Shown in pieces: positions 13,401 through 25,325 of a stretch of 64,000 bases of DNA. Below the pieces are notes generated by a model. The model ran no database searches and was not told the DNA's origin. It saw only the letters and a program-made list of their open reading frames with translations. The position numbers and the translations under genes are program-made. The DNA lies in contig NC_134028.1 in assembly GCF_964204645.1 (NCBI RefSeq), forward strand, positions 13,191,263 to 13,255,262, given 5' to 3'. Source of the stretch: Tubulanus polymorphus. Taxonomy: Eukaryota; Animalia; Nemertea. How positions within the stretch are numbered: the first letter of the stretch is position 1; every line of letters begins with the position of its first letter.

Positions 13401-13889
13401 GTGATAATTGGCTGATCAAAAATACCTGTCACATGTATTGAAGATCCCTTTCAACAGAATCGCCAACACAAATTTCAATGAAAAAATGGCAAACCAGTAG
13501 GAAGCTACAGGACACAGATTCAGGCGAAAATTGACATTTTTGACAAAGGTCACAGGACAGCCATGTTGAGTCTGATCGACCCTATTTATCTTAGGCTGAT
13601 AGGCCCATGGGGGATACAACTATATACGATAGATCAAGATAATTGATGAAAGCTTCTTCTAAATTTTCGTCGAAAAAATATGTAAAAAGTGCTGGTTTCG
13701 GCGAACAACAATGTCTAGGGTAGATACAAGTGTAACCCAACTATTGAGATGTTACAATGAAGCGTCTTCAAAACTTCCCAAAATAACTGGATTCCTTCTA
13801 CGGACGGACAGATGCACGCTTGGACAGATGATGGACAAAAAGTGAACGCAATAGCCCGCTGGAACTTAAAGTCCCAAGTGGGCCAAAAA
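10436..13889 (+). mobile_element. Second long copy of composite HINE-like family A, with extra insertions
   Basis: 10440-11050 matches 2898-3520; 11878-12385 matches 3524-3910; 12750-13260 matches 3917-4205; same 3' hairpin at 13851-13885. Confidence 0.75.
12940..13154. mobile_element. 215-bp MITE with 9-bp TSD (MULE/Merlin-like)
   Basis: ~42-bp TIR CGGTTCCTGAACTTCGCTGAAAAAGCTGAA...; TSD CCAATTTAC at 12931-12939 and 13155-13163; empty site in the paralogue at 4103-4111. Confidence 0.9.
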
Positions 13890-14261
13890 TAAATCAATGG
13901 CCACAATTATTCTGGAGGGAGTACTGGCATACAGATGCAGGCAGTGAAAATACTCTCAGGATAAGGGTTTTGAAATGAATATTTCATAATGTTCAAAAAG
14001 TGCTATATAACGCGGAAAAACAATGGTTGGAAAAAAATTTCCACTCTGATCAGGCGAATTTTTTAGGTTCCATCTCCAAATTTACAAAGGACAAATCTTA
14101 CGAAGAAAAGTGAATACAATAGCCCACTAGGGCTAGCTCCAAATGGGCTAAGAATGTTTTTCTGATTTTTGCGTACTGGCAATAATGTTGCCATGAAGTG
14201 AGAAACAGGGTTAATTTTTTAGTCCAAAGAAAATGAGTGAAAAGCAAAATACGAAACTTAC

Positions 14262-14399
14262 ACCAAAGCTGGCACCACATGGACGTCGTAGCCATTTAGG
14301 AGGCTTTTTAAGTGGCACGATCGGACTGCCTGTATTAGGCTGCTGTTGGAACTGTGCCTGAGCTTGATGAAAAGGATCACTAGGAAATGAATCATTCAT
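14262..14399 (-). CDS. SEC31: SEC31 coding exon: MNDSFPSDPFHQAQAQFQQQPNTGSPIVPLKKPPKWLRRPCGASFG
   Basis: PLKKPPKW.RRP.GASF motif of Sec31. tttctAG acceptor, GTAAG donor; 138 nt. Confidence 0.95.
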
Positions 14400-14897
14400 C
14401 TAGAAATAAAAGCAAACAATATCATATCCAGACTGATATTCATTAATGAACATAACAAGAATGACTGAATCTTTAAGTCTTGCTTAGCTGTCTTAATGCA
14501 TTGGTTATTGTGTCAATAACAAGATAACTCCTTTTACCACTGTAAGATTCCTATCTATACAGGATTATACAGAAAAAGTGTTACCTAAGCTTAAAGATTA
14601 GACATCCATTAACCATAAATTTTCTTTAGGGGGGGGGGAAGGAATTACATTGGCAGACCATGTCATGAGCTACAACTTAGCAATTGATTGTGGTAAAAAA
14701 ATATACATAGATACTAATATAATATCGAAATACTAAGTTAGTGTATTATTCAATGCCGCCTAGTGGCCATACACAAAATCCAATGACCAATTGATCAAAG
14801 TGTCATCAAATTACCCTCGAAAACTTGAACAAGAGGACTTCAAAGTCCTGAGGTTCGAAGAAGCAAAGGAGGATGTATTAGAGAAGTTTGTCTAAAA

Positions 14898-15920
14898 AAT
14901 AAATTGCCCATGGGCAAAGTGTGGTTTACCTTGAGAGCTAGAGGTTGTTTGGGGTAAGGGTATTGCTTGAAAAATCTTTTTAATTCGTGACTTCAAAGTT
15001 CTACAAGTTTAAATATTGTATTTTATCTTTCTTAAAGGATTATTTTGTAGTCAAATAAGACCAAAGATATACATCTGTTTACGGTCCACATCCAAAATTT
15101 CGTAGGGTACAGGTAGGCACGGCGTGGAAACTGTTATATTTTCAAAGAAATTTTTTCATAATATGAAAAAACATTCAAATAAAATTCATATGATGTCACA
15201 TATCAGAGGGTGGCTGAATGTATGGCCGCGGATGCTAATATACCGGTGCAGTAAGAAATCGGCGTATTAGATCGTTTTAAATCCTGGAATTTACCACTAC
15301 AATATTCAGACCTCGACCTATACCTATAGTTTGCTGCTTAGAATTTTCAGGTCACAAGAAATTACAATTTATTACAAATTCTATCAAACAAAAAACACAG
15401 CGCTCATCTTCTGCAGATGAAATGTCAAACGCGCCAGCAAGCAGCGTTACAGTATCACTATAGTAGTGTGTACTGTACGCGCGTGTGTTTGTGTGCAACA
15501 ATCTTATCTAATGATTTCCGCGCGCAGGTGCAAGCCTTGTGTAAGTGAATGTTCGCTTACACTTCAATGTCAATCAAATCAATCGGGTATCAAAATGAAA
15601 CAATACCTATGGCGGATAATAATTACATTCTCAACAGTAATGAGCATTTGAATTGGCACATATACGGCACCTAGTCCAATGAAACGTTCGCCATTCTATG
15701 GCTTTCCCATAATTATTTTTTAAGCGCCGGAATTCCCCGTATATCCCAAAAACAGCCAATCACATTCGCTCGTAGAGACGAGGTCAATGCAATTTTATAC
15801 GCGACAGCTAAGAATTTTCCCGCCAAAACAGTTTTTCGTATAATTTCAACAATGTTGACCATGTCAGCGACGGAGGTTCGCCATGTCTTCAATCGCATCG
15901 ATTATACGTCGTTTAAGCCG
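14898..15920 (+). repeat. Interspersed repeat family B, long copy
   Basis: Colinear with 37228-38295 over about 1 kb. Confidence 0.8.
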
Positions 15921-15944
15921 AGAACAATGAACCTCCAAAATGAT

Positions 15945-16445
15945 ATTTTTTATGCAGAATAAAATTTGATTGAATTTGTAGTTTGAGCACATGGCTAATT
16001 AGCATATCAAGGTCATCCATCCGAGAAAAAGCTATTTTCCCAGACTGCATAAATGACAATGATATTTTCTTTAGTGCAAATAAAAATATTCCTCCAAAAA
16101 TCAAGTCAACTAAAGATTTCACAGAAATCGATCTTGAAATACAATTTTAGATCTTAAAATAAAACCCAGAAGTAAAACGGTAAACGATACCGCTGGTTCA
16201 CACGTGAACACCTGCTGATCTCTGCGGCTAAGCCAATCACAGAGGAGTCTTTGCTTTCTGATTGGCTTTTTAAAACAGATAATTTTGCGTTCAGATTTTC
16301 GCAAAAAAAGATCATATAAATTTTAACATCAAAATCCAGCTTCATGAGGTTAGAGAATGGATAATGTTCTAATGAATGATTTGTATGAATACATGCTCAG
16401 TTGCACAGTCAAAGAGCCTTAGCTCCGGAAGCCATATCATCAAAT
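15945..16445 (+). repeat. Interspersed repeat family C
   Basis: Shares GAACACCTGCTGAT.TCTGCG.CTAAGCCAATCA and flanks with 24430-25160, 38570-38770 and 62602-63460. Confidence 0.8.
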
Positions 16446-16549
16446 GTGAAATTTCATCTTACCTTGGTTCTGGTCAGAAACTCTTACCCATCGTATCTCA
16501 AAAAATTGGAAACTCGGAGAATGACACGTGGGAGACTGGTAATATAATC

Positions 16550-17760
16550 TGCTTGATTCCGGAAGCAATTTTTATCTGATTGGAAATGTGTTCAAACAGA
16601 AATTATAGTTATGCGGCGAGCCTGATCGATTAAATTTCACGATTGCGTCTGGTCAAACTGTAAATCGTCGTTGTATGTCTTACGTGTTAATTCAAGGAAA
16701 GAATGGAGTAACGTATCCTGTTAGAGTCAAGGGTATAGACAGAATAACTGACAAAGCACCATCTATTATTATAAAACCGTTTGCAAATAAATTCGGTCTA
16801 GGTGAAAAATCGATTTCTAGGAAAGGTGGTCATATTGACATTTTAACGTCAATGGATCGCAATAAGTAGCTGCTTCCAAAGAGATAGAAACCTGGTGCAC
16901 CAACCTAATCATTGAATGGCACTTTACAACACTGACCGCAGCTCATCAGAATGGTGCGTACAATCACTCATAAAATCAGTAACAAAGGAGATGAACTGTA
17001 GTATGATAGGTGTAAATTCGACGACTGCGCTGGAATTTCAAACACTTGTATTTGCAGCGATCAACTTAGTGACAAACGACCAATCGGATTGTTACCGTCG
17101 GATCCAAATGACGGCAGCTATATTCGTCTAACGATCTACTACTTGGTCGATAGGGTATTTCTGTGCCGCAAGGCCCCTTCGATGACACAAAGGACACCAG
17201 AAAAAGAGTTGATTTCATACTGAAACTTGTCAAATCATTCAGGGATAGGTGGTATAGAGACGTTTTCCCACACTCATACCGAGGAAAGAAATGGTCTATA
17301 ATGTGCCGAGATGTATAAGTCGACGATTACGTTCTACTATCGGATCCAGCATCGTAACACCGGAAATGGACTTAAGGTCGGGTGACACACGTTTTCCCTG
17401 GTAATGACGGTAAAGTTCGTAAAGTGAAAGTAAAGACATCAAGGAATGTCATTGAACATCCGATAACTAAAATCGTTGTACTCTTGCCGGTCGAAGAACA
17501 GTGAATTGTAGAATCCCGTCGTTAGTAATGGTAAGTTATAGTTGAATCTAGTTTAAATGTTTCATATCATGTATGTATATTTAAGGTAAAAGGTATAGGG
17601 TACGTATAGGTATAGGGTATATAATGTATATTGTTTGTATTTTATTTCATGTTATATTTAACTAATGATAATTAACTGTACGTCTATTAGGACGTACTTA
17701 GGTTATGTCTTGGCAATTTGTGCCGTGTCCGGGAGGGTGTTTCATTTATAAGTTTTCATT
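16550..17760 (+). mobile_element. BEL/Pao LTR retrotransposon 3' remnant (integrase plus DUF5641-like tail)
   Basis: WHFTT..A.HQNG, SLIKSV, EFQTL and GRVTHVFPGNDGKVRKVKVKT...PITKIVVLLPVEEQ* (stop at about 17503); purine tract GGGAGGG followed by TGTT at about 17731. Confidence 0.75.
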
Positions 17761-18315
17761 TTCCTCCACATACCTTAGTTATTCTTATTTTCTCTGAATC
17801 TTTTGTTTGATTTTGAATTTCCCACTTATTCTGGAGTATATGCAGTTCTGTCCATGCATTGACAAAATGTGGCTGGTTAGATGAAATGACATTTAAAATA
17901 AGAGCTAAACTTTGTATTTTCATATATTATAAAGAGTATTCCATTATTAATCAATGACATACTTTTTATAATAACATAGTGACTTTATAAAGTAGACGTA
18001 AATGGCATTATAAAAAGTAATTAGTTACTTATAAACCGTTTTTTTTCTGAGCTAAGAAAGTGTGCTTTCCCGTTAATATTATTAGGTTGTATCAATCATT
18101 ATCAATAATTTAGAAGTGTCGAATTGTATACTAAGACAGGTATAATTTATATCTTTATGGATTTGAATCGGTTTGTACAGCGGTCAGTACATCGGTCTGT
18201 ATATCGGTACATTGGTAATCAGAAGAATAAATTACATTAATGTCCGAATTCAAAAGCGCTGCTTATATGTCTGTTCCGTGATCATCTAATCGGCTCTACC
18301 CGTGAAGACTATTAA

Positions 18316-18602
18316 CCCTTTCAGTGCGTCTACACCGCAGTGCGGTGTACGAATCGGTGATGGATTTTGCTAGTACACTGCACTGCGGTGTATTGATGTA
18401 ATTAGTAATTAGTTTTTATCTCTATTGAAAGATGGCAGCACCTGTCAAACATAGTGAATTATTAGTAACTAACGATACACTACGTTGGGTATTGATGCAC
18501 TTTAGTGGTATTCCGATTATTCAACACACTAGGGCGAAATTTTTCAAAATTTTCAAATTATCTCCAGCACGATAGGGTATTGATTAGTCAGCACTGAAAG
18601 GG
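18316..18602. mobile_element. piggyBac-like MITE
   Basis: Perfect 12-bp TIR CCCTTTCAGTGC / GCACTGAAAGGG, flanked by TTAA on both sides. Confidence 0.88.
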
Positions 18603-20733
18603 TTAATGAAATCGGAATTGTTCTCTAGAATCATTCTCACCAGAGCAGCGAGTGCTATTACCGCTTGCCCATGTAATGGATTTTTCTGCAGGTTTCGGCC
18701 TTCATTACATTTTTTGTTCTTTATGTTTATTAGGGTTGCTTGAGTTGAAGTTATTCTAACGTATATCTAGATTTCCTTTTCATTTCGTGCTCCATTAAAT
18801 TAAGCTTCTAAAATTTACATTCATATTAACATGTCATATGCATGCCTGTAGTCTTATGTCACTGCAACCCTATTTAAAGTTCGATCAATTTCTAAACATT
18901 TTGCCACACTGCATGATTCTTGTAAGTTAAGATTTATATATTGAAGGAATTTAGTAACATCTAGGTCCATAATCAATTACAATTAATTTGTCTCCATTTT
19001 GTTAATTTGAATATCATATTATTTGATATCATGATTATCAAGAAACAAGGTCAAGCATCATTTAGTAGAATGGGAAACAAGAAAATTAATTTTAGAAAAT
19101 TATTTGACGCATGCGAAAAAAATGTAGAATTTCTGGGCAAAGCTAATGTGGAATTGCAAATTAGAAATCGAAGTTTTAAGAAATTTGGGGAATGATGAGA
19201 TTTGGCGATTGGGTAGATGATACAGGTCTTCGACTCTAGTAGTGGTTTAAATTTCTTTATTGAAAATTCTCAATAATTGATCGCGAACTTGCCTCTTATG
19301 CCTCTAAGCTGGTCTGCAACTTCATTGCCTCCATGGTTGAAGAAAGAGCTCTTCTGATGTCTGCTTCATCATGACTTCGAGCATATCGTGTGGCCTAGCC
19401 AGCCGGCCCGGTCCCGGGCCACGGGTTTGGCTGTCACTCGATATCCTAGAGTCTTGAGTCTGGGTGGGTTGACATTGTAGTAGACATTGTCATTTAAAAT
19501 AACATGCTTATGTTGTTCTGTATGAATTACCCGTGTGTCATGTATGTTGTATTAATTTATTTTAAAATTTGTATTTATTGAATTTGGGAATTTTATCCCG
19601 GAATTTCAATGTAATAAGGATCAATAAAGAATTGAATTGAATTGTCACCTAATACACATGCCATCAGAGGACGCGAAGCCGTATATGACAGCTATGCTAT
19701 TATAAATTGCTAATCTCACGAAACCTGCATACTCCTAATATCAAACATATTTTCTAAAACGTTTGAATATTGAAATTATATGTTTACACATTTTCATATT
19801 GACCGCTTGTAGCCGCTGATGAAATTCACCCCGGCCCTACACACATCGTAGATAGCTTTGTCATTCCACCGGCATGCCCACGTCAGGGTCTGACTGATAT
19901 CAGACTTCCAAATCGTGTATACATCCGCCATTTAACCGAATAATCCGATTTACTTATCATTTCTATTTATGCCTGCCGCTTCTGATATAATCATACATCC
20001 TTTACTATTACAATACGTCTTCTCATGATATTCAATGCAATATAACATTTCGACGTTCAAATATAGGTCATTATATAATCACAGGAAGCCATTCTACATC
20101 TATGTCAATAATATTTTGCCAGATAGCTTGTTTGTGTACACATAGACCTGTGACGTTTTGCACATCGATTTACGGCTGTCGTTTGTAAAATGACGCTGAA
20201 TGGTTAACATTGTTTAGGTTTCATAATGGTAACGTTTTATAAGGCGTCAAAAAATTCATTGAAATTTTGAATATTTTCTCCCAATACTTCCAATCGGCTT
20301 AGAGCTGATGGACGAAACTTTCCATTACAATTCCAACCCCTATTTCCCTCCCAATGACAAAATATCAGTATTAAATCAATATCAATATAAAGTATATATC
20401 CAGTGGTTATAATTTGTACCAACAAGAGCTAACAAAGTTATTGGCAGAACAATTTCATAAGGATCATCGATCAGAGTATACAAAACTACCCCAGAATAAA
20501 TCCAAAGTGTGAAGGAGCTATTTCGGCAAAGTGCTACCACATGAACACCTTGACCCCGAGATGTCTTGACTAAACACATATAAAAACAAAATATCAAGAA
20601 AATCCACTGAAACATCTTGAATAATTCCTAAAATAATCCAAGAAGGCTAGAAATTGCATCTAATTCAAACGTAGGTTTGAAAAGGAAGCATGCCAGCACT
20701 GGTGTAACATTATGAGATGGATATGTAACCTAC

Positions 20734-20886
20734 CTGATTTGTGGGCTGAGCGTCTATGTCATTGCCCATCAAAGAGCAAATACTGATATGCCCATCAAAT
20801 GAACAACTCGAGATAATGGCTGGATTACGTGGACACCATTGGACATCATAACTCCACTGACTGCTAGTCGGCAATTCATAAACGAC
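20734..20886 (-). CDS. SEC31: SEC31 coding exon: VVYELPTSSQWSYDVQWCPRNPAIISSCSFDGHISICSLMGNDIDAQPTNQ
   Basis: Matches Sec31 YELPT..QW..D.QWCPRNPA..S..SFDG.IS. AG/GT boundaries; 153 nt, phase 0/0. Confidence 0.95.
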
Positions 20887-21173
20887 CTATCCAAAATATG
20901 AAAGCTAAAGATAGATGAACTGATACAAGGTAATGGAAAACAAGAGCTTCATCTGCGAACTAGAGGTCCTAAGCTAACATGCCCCACTCTGAAAGTGGTC
21001 TGAAATGCTTTGACAATCTAATAATTTCTAAATTCAACACCCTGATACCCCCCGGTGAACATATACAGAAACCAATGAGCCTGAAACTACCCCCCTACCC
21101 CTATTCATTGAATATGACACATGCTACAACTTCGCAGTTGGTCACAAAATATGCTTGTGTTAGAAAACTTTAA

Positions 21174-21534
21174 CAGGGATGAAAACGGCCCATATTGAAA
21201 AAGTCGGAAAATATTTTCAAAAAAAAAGATTTTTTTTGGGGAACAAAAATCAGTAACTTTTAGCCAAAAAACTTACTTCCTTTTGGTCAAGATGTTAATA
21301 GTTTGGGCCGGAATTAGAGCCGCTTTTTGAATGAGACGCCATATTGGTTTCTCGGACTCCACAGTTGTGTTAACAACTGCCGAAAACCGTCTTAAGGAGC
21401 ACTCCTAACTACGGAGCGCTCCGATGTGACGCCCGCGATTTAGGTGATTAAAGCGATTGAGGTGATGTTGAGGTGATGAGAAAATGTTAGAAAAGGTCGG
21501 AAAACAGTCTATGGTTGGAAGATTTTCATCCCTG
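21174..21534. mobile_element. MITE with CAGGGATG ends (hAT-like)
   Basis: 12-bp TIR CAGGGATGAAAA / TTTTCATCCCTG; CTTTAA repeated directly on both flanks. Confidence 0.7.
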
Positions 21535-22598
21535 CTTTAAGCATGTGTGGTCAGTTCTCATTCCCTTTGCAGGCTGGATTGACAAAGATCGTTTTTTTTT
21601 TTGTACAGTCGGTTCTGACCCACCCCGGTAGATCATCCCTTTGTTTGTTTACAACCAATGCAAGTGTTCCATGAGTATGTCAAAAGCACCAGCATTGCCC
21701 ATGGGCAAAGAGGTTTACCACAGCCTTCAGAGATATGAGATATTTGACAAAGTTCAAATAATATCAAATAACGATATACATGGGGATGCAATTTCAAAGG
21801 TACGAGTAGATTCGGCCCCGATTAATTAAATGATCCGAATCGCAAAACCCAAGGCAGAGCCACTTCACCAACAATTTGCGCATTAGGGGATGTCGTGTCA
21901 GCCACAGGCGCGGCTGGCGGGATATGAGAGCGTCATGTCATTTACCTTAAGATTTCATGTTTGACTTATTGGAAGGATAAAATTTGGACATAAAACAATG
22001 AAGTAAACCTGGAAAAACCTTAAGTAAAACATAAGCCCCAAGGGGCACTATGGCCAGCCTGTCAGCTTTTCATAGAATGGCAAATGATGCATTCTGTGGG
22101 TTATATTTGTCAAAATACATTCCAAGCTCAGAGACAATGCCTATGACTTACACAGTACAATCGTGTTTTCATAAGCACCACAGACAGGCAGCGAGAATGA
22201 GTTTTCAAAATTTACGCCCCCTAGTGGTTAGATTTAGAACTAATTATGTGAGAGGATCGTTGTATTTTGAATCCAGGTACATGTGTATCAATTTTCATAG
22301 AAATCTGCTAAGTAGATATCAATGAAAATGCATTTCCAGCAACTTGTAAGTGGCGCTACTGGAGACCATATGAGTTACATACTTAAACCATACATCAATA
22401 CAAGTGTCTTGTAAAGGGCTACTAACCACACATTGCAACCATGATCCTATCACCAACAGTTATGGGGCTAGGAGCAAAAATCTGTGCCTTCACACTCCCC
22501 TGGTGGCAGTTCATTGTGGCAACTAATCATGCAGGTTGGCAAAGGATACATAGATTTTTTCACTTAAACCGTTGGAATTTTGCTCCCCTAGCGGTTAA

Positions 22599-22860
22599 CT
22601 CTTAACCTGCCGGCTGCGTGATTGTTAAGTCCTGTGTGTGCCAGATGAATTGCATGTTAATGAAGTTAACTCCTTAAATCCTCATAACTTCTGAACTATT
22701 GTATATAGCGCATTGAAACTTCACTAAGCAGGAGTTTATAGTCATAGTCACGGAAAAGTGCAGAAAGATTTAACTTCCGATTTTAGAAAGAGGGGGGTCC
22801 ACTGGCTGGGGTTATTTTTGGGGGTCCAGCGTAAAAAGACCCCCTAGAAAGTCGAAATAC
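22599..22860 (+). mobile_element. Partial copy of the piggyBac-like MITE at 57402
   Basis: TTAA-CTCTTAACCTGCCGGC... is colinear with 57402-57630. Confidence 0.65.
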
Positions 22861-23686
22861 TGGAGTACTAAAAAATGTCATTTTCATGTGTGTTGTTTCA
22901 TTAAAATTCGTATTAACTCCAAGGTCAACTAAATAATAATAAGCGGTAGATAATAAATCAGGAAATTAAATCCATTAAATAGTTAATCCTCTGGGTGATA
23001 TTAGGCCCTGTGAAATCATCAATTAAAGTTTGATGGACTAACGGCAATGGCAGACTATACAATTTTTTGAATTTCTACTCACAATGGTAAAATTATCCTA
23101 GGTATTCAGTTGAAATCGTAAAATAAATTAAAAAAAAGAAATGTCTTTAAGCATAAAATAAATCTCATTTTCCTATTTTTTTCTTTAGGCCTTTCATATC
23201 GTATTTTTCTACTACTGCCCGTACTAGCGCACTGACAGCAACTTTCTCGTAAAAACTACGCTGATATCGTAGATGTTGGCAGGTCTGATGTTAGGGGACT
23301 ACAAAACATGGCAAAGCGACACAACATAGAACTTCGAAATCAATCGAGGTTTAGTCAACATTATTCCATTTTAGAGGCAGTTTAAAGAGTTATCATTTGT
23401 GGTTAGATGATGCAAAATAAGTCAACCAAGTAATAACCACTGGAAAACTCGAGTAAAGGACAAAAAGATTTATTAAATAAACCGAATGAAGCCACGTGAC
23501 TTGATTGATAAAACACTACATCAGCGCTGTGATGATAATGTAATGATGAACTGATGTAAATTCTTTCGGTATGATAACTATGGTTAGAAGTTGTTTTACA
23601 ACTTCGAACCAAAAATGGCAAAAGATGCATTCTGTGGGTTAAATTTGTCCAAATACACACCCAGCTCATAGACTTATCAATCCCAG

Positions 23687-23845
23687 GGCTGGGTTTCATA
23701 GAGGTGAAAGAAAGATAGTCCCTGGGAACATTTTGAAATTTGTCAGTTATAACCATGGTTTCTCATTGTTGCTATGGTGGTTGTCACCCATATTGAGGAT
23801 TTACCCCCAGGGATAACTTTGATACTCAGTCTATGAAACCGGGCC
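23687..23845. mobile_element. PIF/Harbinger-like MITE
   Basis: TIR GGCTGGGTTTCATAGA / TCTATGAAACCGGGCC, flanked by CAG and CTG (CWG). Confidence 0.7.
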
Positions 23846-23848
23846 CTG

Positions 23849-24415
23849 GCCTGCGTTTTTCAAAGCAGTGTTAAGTTATCCCTGTGATAAGACTATCCCA
23901 GTGTTAAATTTAACTATCCCGGTGATTGTTATCACAGGGATAACATCTCGTTTTTCAAAAGCATTTTACCCCAGTGATAACTATCACCGGGATAAGAGCA
24001 TTTATCCCAGTGATAACATAAAGAAAATGGCTGACATTTCAGCCTAATGTCTCACTTCAAGAACGAACATATAGGATTTCTTCACATCACAGGATCACTG
24101 AGGCTACACAGTGGTGTTTTCATATATTTTGTTTATCTGATGTCACATATATGGATGTATTATTGCCATGATCAGTCACCGAGCAACCATAACAATGAAA
24201 AAGAAATCAATATTTTGATAATTTATCCTGGTGATAGTGTTGCTATCACCACGTCGGAGGTGTGTTAACTTTATCACTGGGATAGCTGATTTTATCCCGG
24301 TGATAAAGTTAACACAGGTTTGAAAAACACACTATCCCAGTGATAGTAATATTTAACACCGGGATAGCGATTTATCACCGGGATAGGGCTTATCACCGCT
24401 TTGAAAAACGCAGCT
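23849..24415. mobile_element. PIF/Harbinger-like MITE with arrays of TTATCNCNGNGATAA-like palindromes
   Basis: TIR core CTGCGTTTTTCAAAGC / GCTTTGAAAAACGCAG, with CTG on both flanks. Confidence 0.8.
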
Positions 24416-24429
24416 CTGGTCAATAACTT

Positions 24430-25160
24430 ACACAATTCAATCGTGTTCTCATGAGTAGCACAGACAGCGACTGGAGCTGGCAGGAACAGATAAATCTTTT
24501 CCCTAGGTCTTATTGATTAGAATGCGGAATAGAATTAAATTTTCTGAAATTTGCTCAATATAACAAAATTGAATTGTATTTGCTGTTTTACCTTGTTCAA
24601 TAAAGTAAAATTGAATTGGATTTGATTTTTTTGCAGAATAAGATTTGATTTAATTAGCAGTTTGAGCACATGGCTAAGTAGCATATCAAGGTCATCCATC
24701 CGATTTGAGAAAAGGCTATTTTTCCCGGACTTTGCATAATTGTCAATGATATTTTCTGTAGTGCAAATATAAATATTCCTCCCAAAAACCAAATCAACCT
24801 TAGATTTCACAGAAATTGAAATTGAAATACAATTTTAGATCTTAAAATCAAACCCAGAAGTAAAATGGTAGATGATACTGCGGGTTCATGTGAACACCTG
24901 CTGATCTCTGCGGCTAAGCCAATCATAGAGGAGTCTTTGCCTTCTGTTGGGCTTTTTAAACCATATATTTTTGCTATCAGATTTTCGCGAAAAAGCTCAT
25001 ATAAATTTCAATAAGGCTCTCTTTCAAAATTCAGCTTCATAGGGGTTGGAGAATGGATAATGCTCTAATAAATGATTTGTATAAATATATGCTCAGTTGC
25101 ACAGTCAAAGAGCCTTTACTCTGGAAACCATGTCATTCAAATTCGCTCCATTTGTATAGT
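24430..25160 (+). repeat. Interspersed repeat family C (continues 23610-23680 across the two MITEs)
   Basis: Colinear with 62640-63460. Confidence 0.8.
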
Positions 25161-25196
25161 AATAGGCTCAGCCTATGGCTGGCTAATAATACTAAA

Positions 25197-25325
25197 TGAA
25201 ACCCATTGTTCTGATACAGATGAGGCGAAACAAGAATGGGGATAAGAAATTCTCTACAGCTCCTACAAATCAATCACCAGAGGTGTTGCCATATTGATTA
25301 ATAACACATTTGAGTATAGTTTTCA
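25197..25325 (+). mobile_element. L1/Tx1-type AP endonuclease fragment
   Basis: ETHCSDTDEAKQEWG / ILYSSYKSITRGVAILINNTFEY. Confidence 0.55.

Noticed and set aside
19388-19475. GC-rich GTGGCC..GGCCAC segment as an HDV-like ribozyme
   Set aside because: A P1-like helix is possible, but I could not find a convincing P2 or J4/2 catalytic strand.
20300-20322. CTGATGGACGAAAC as another hammerhead
   Set aside because: No stem II between the two core halves.
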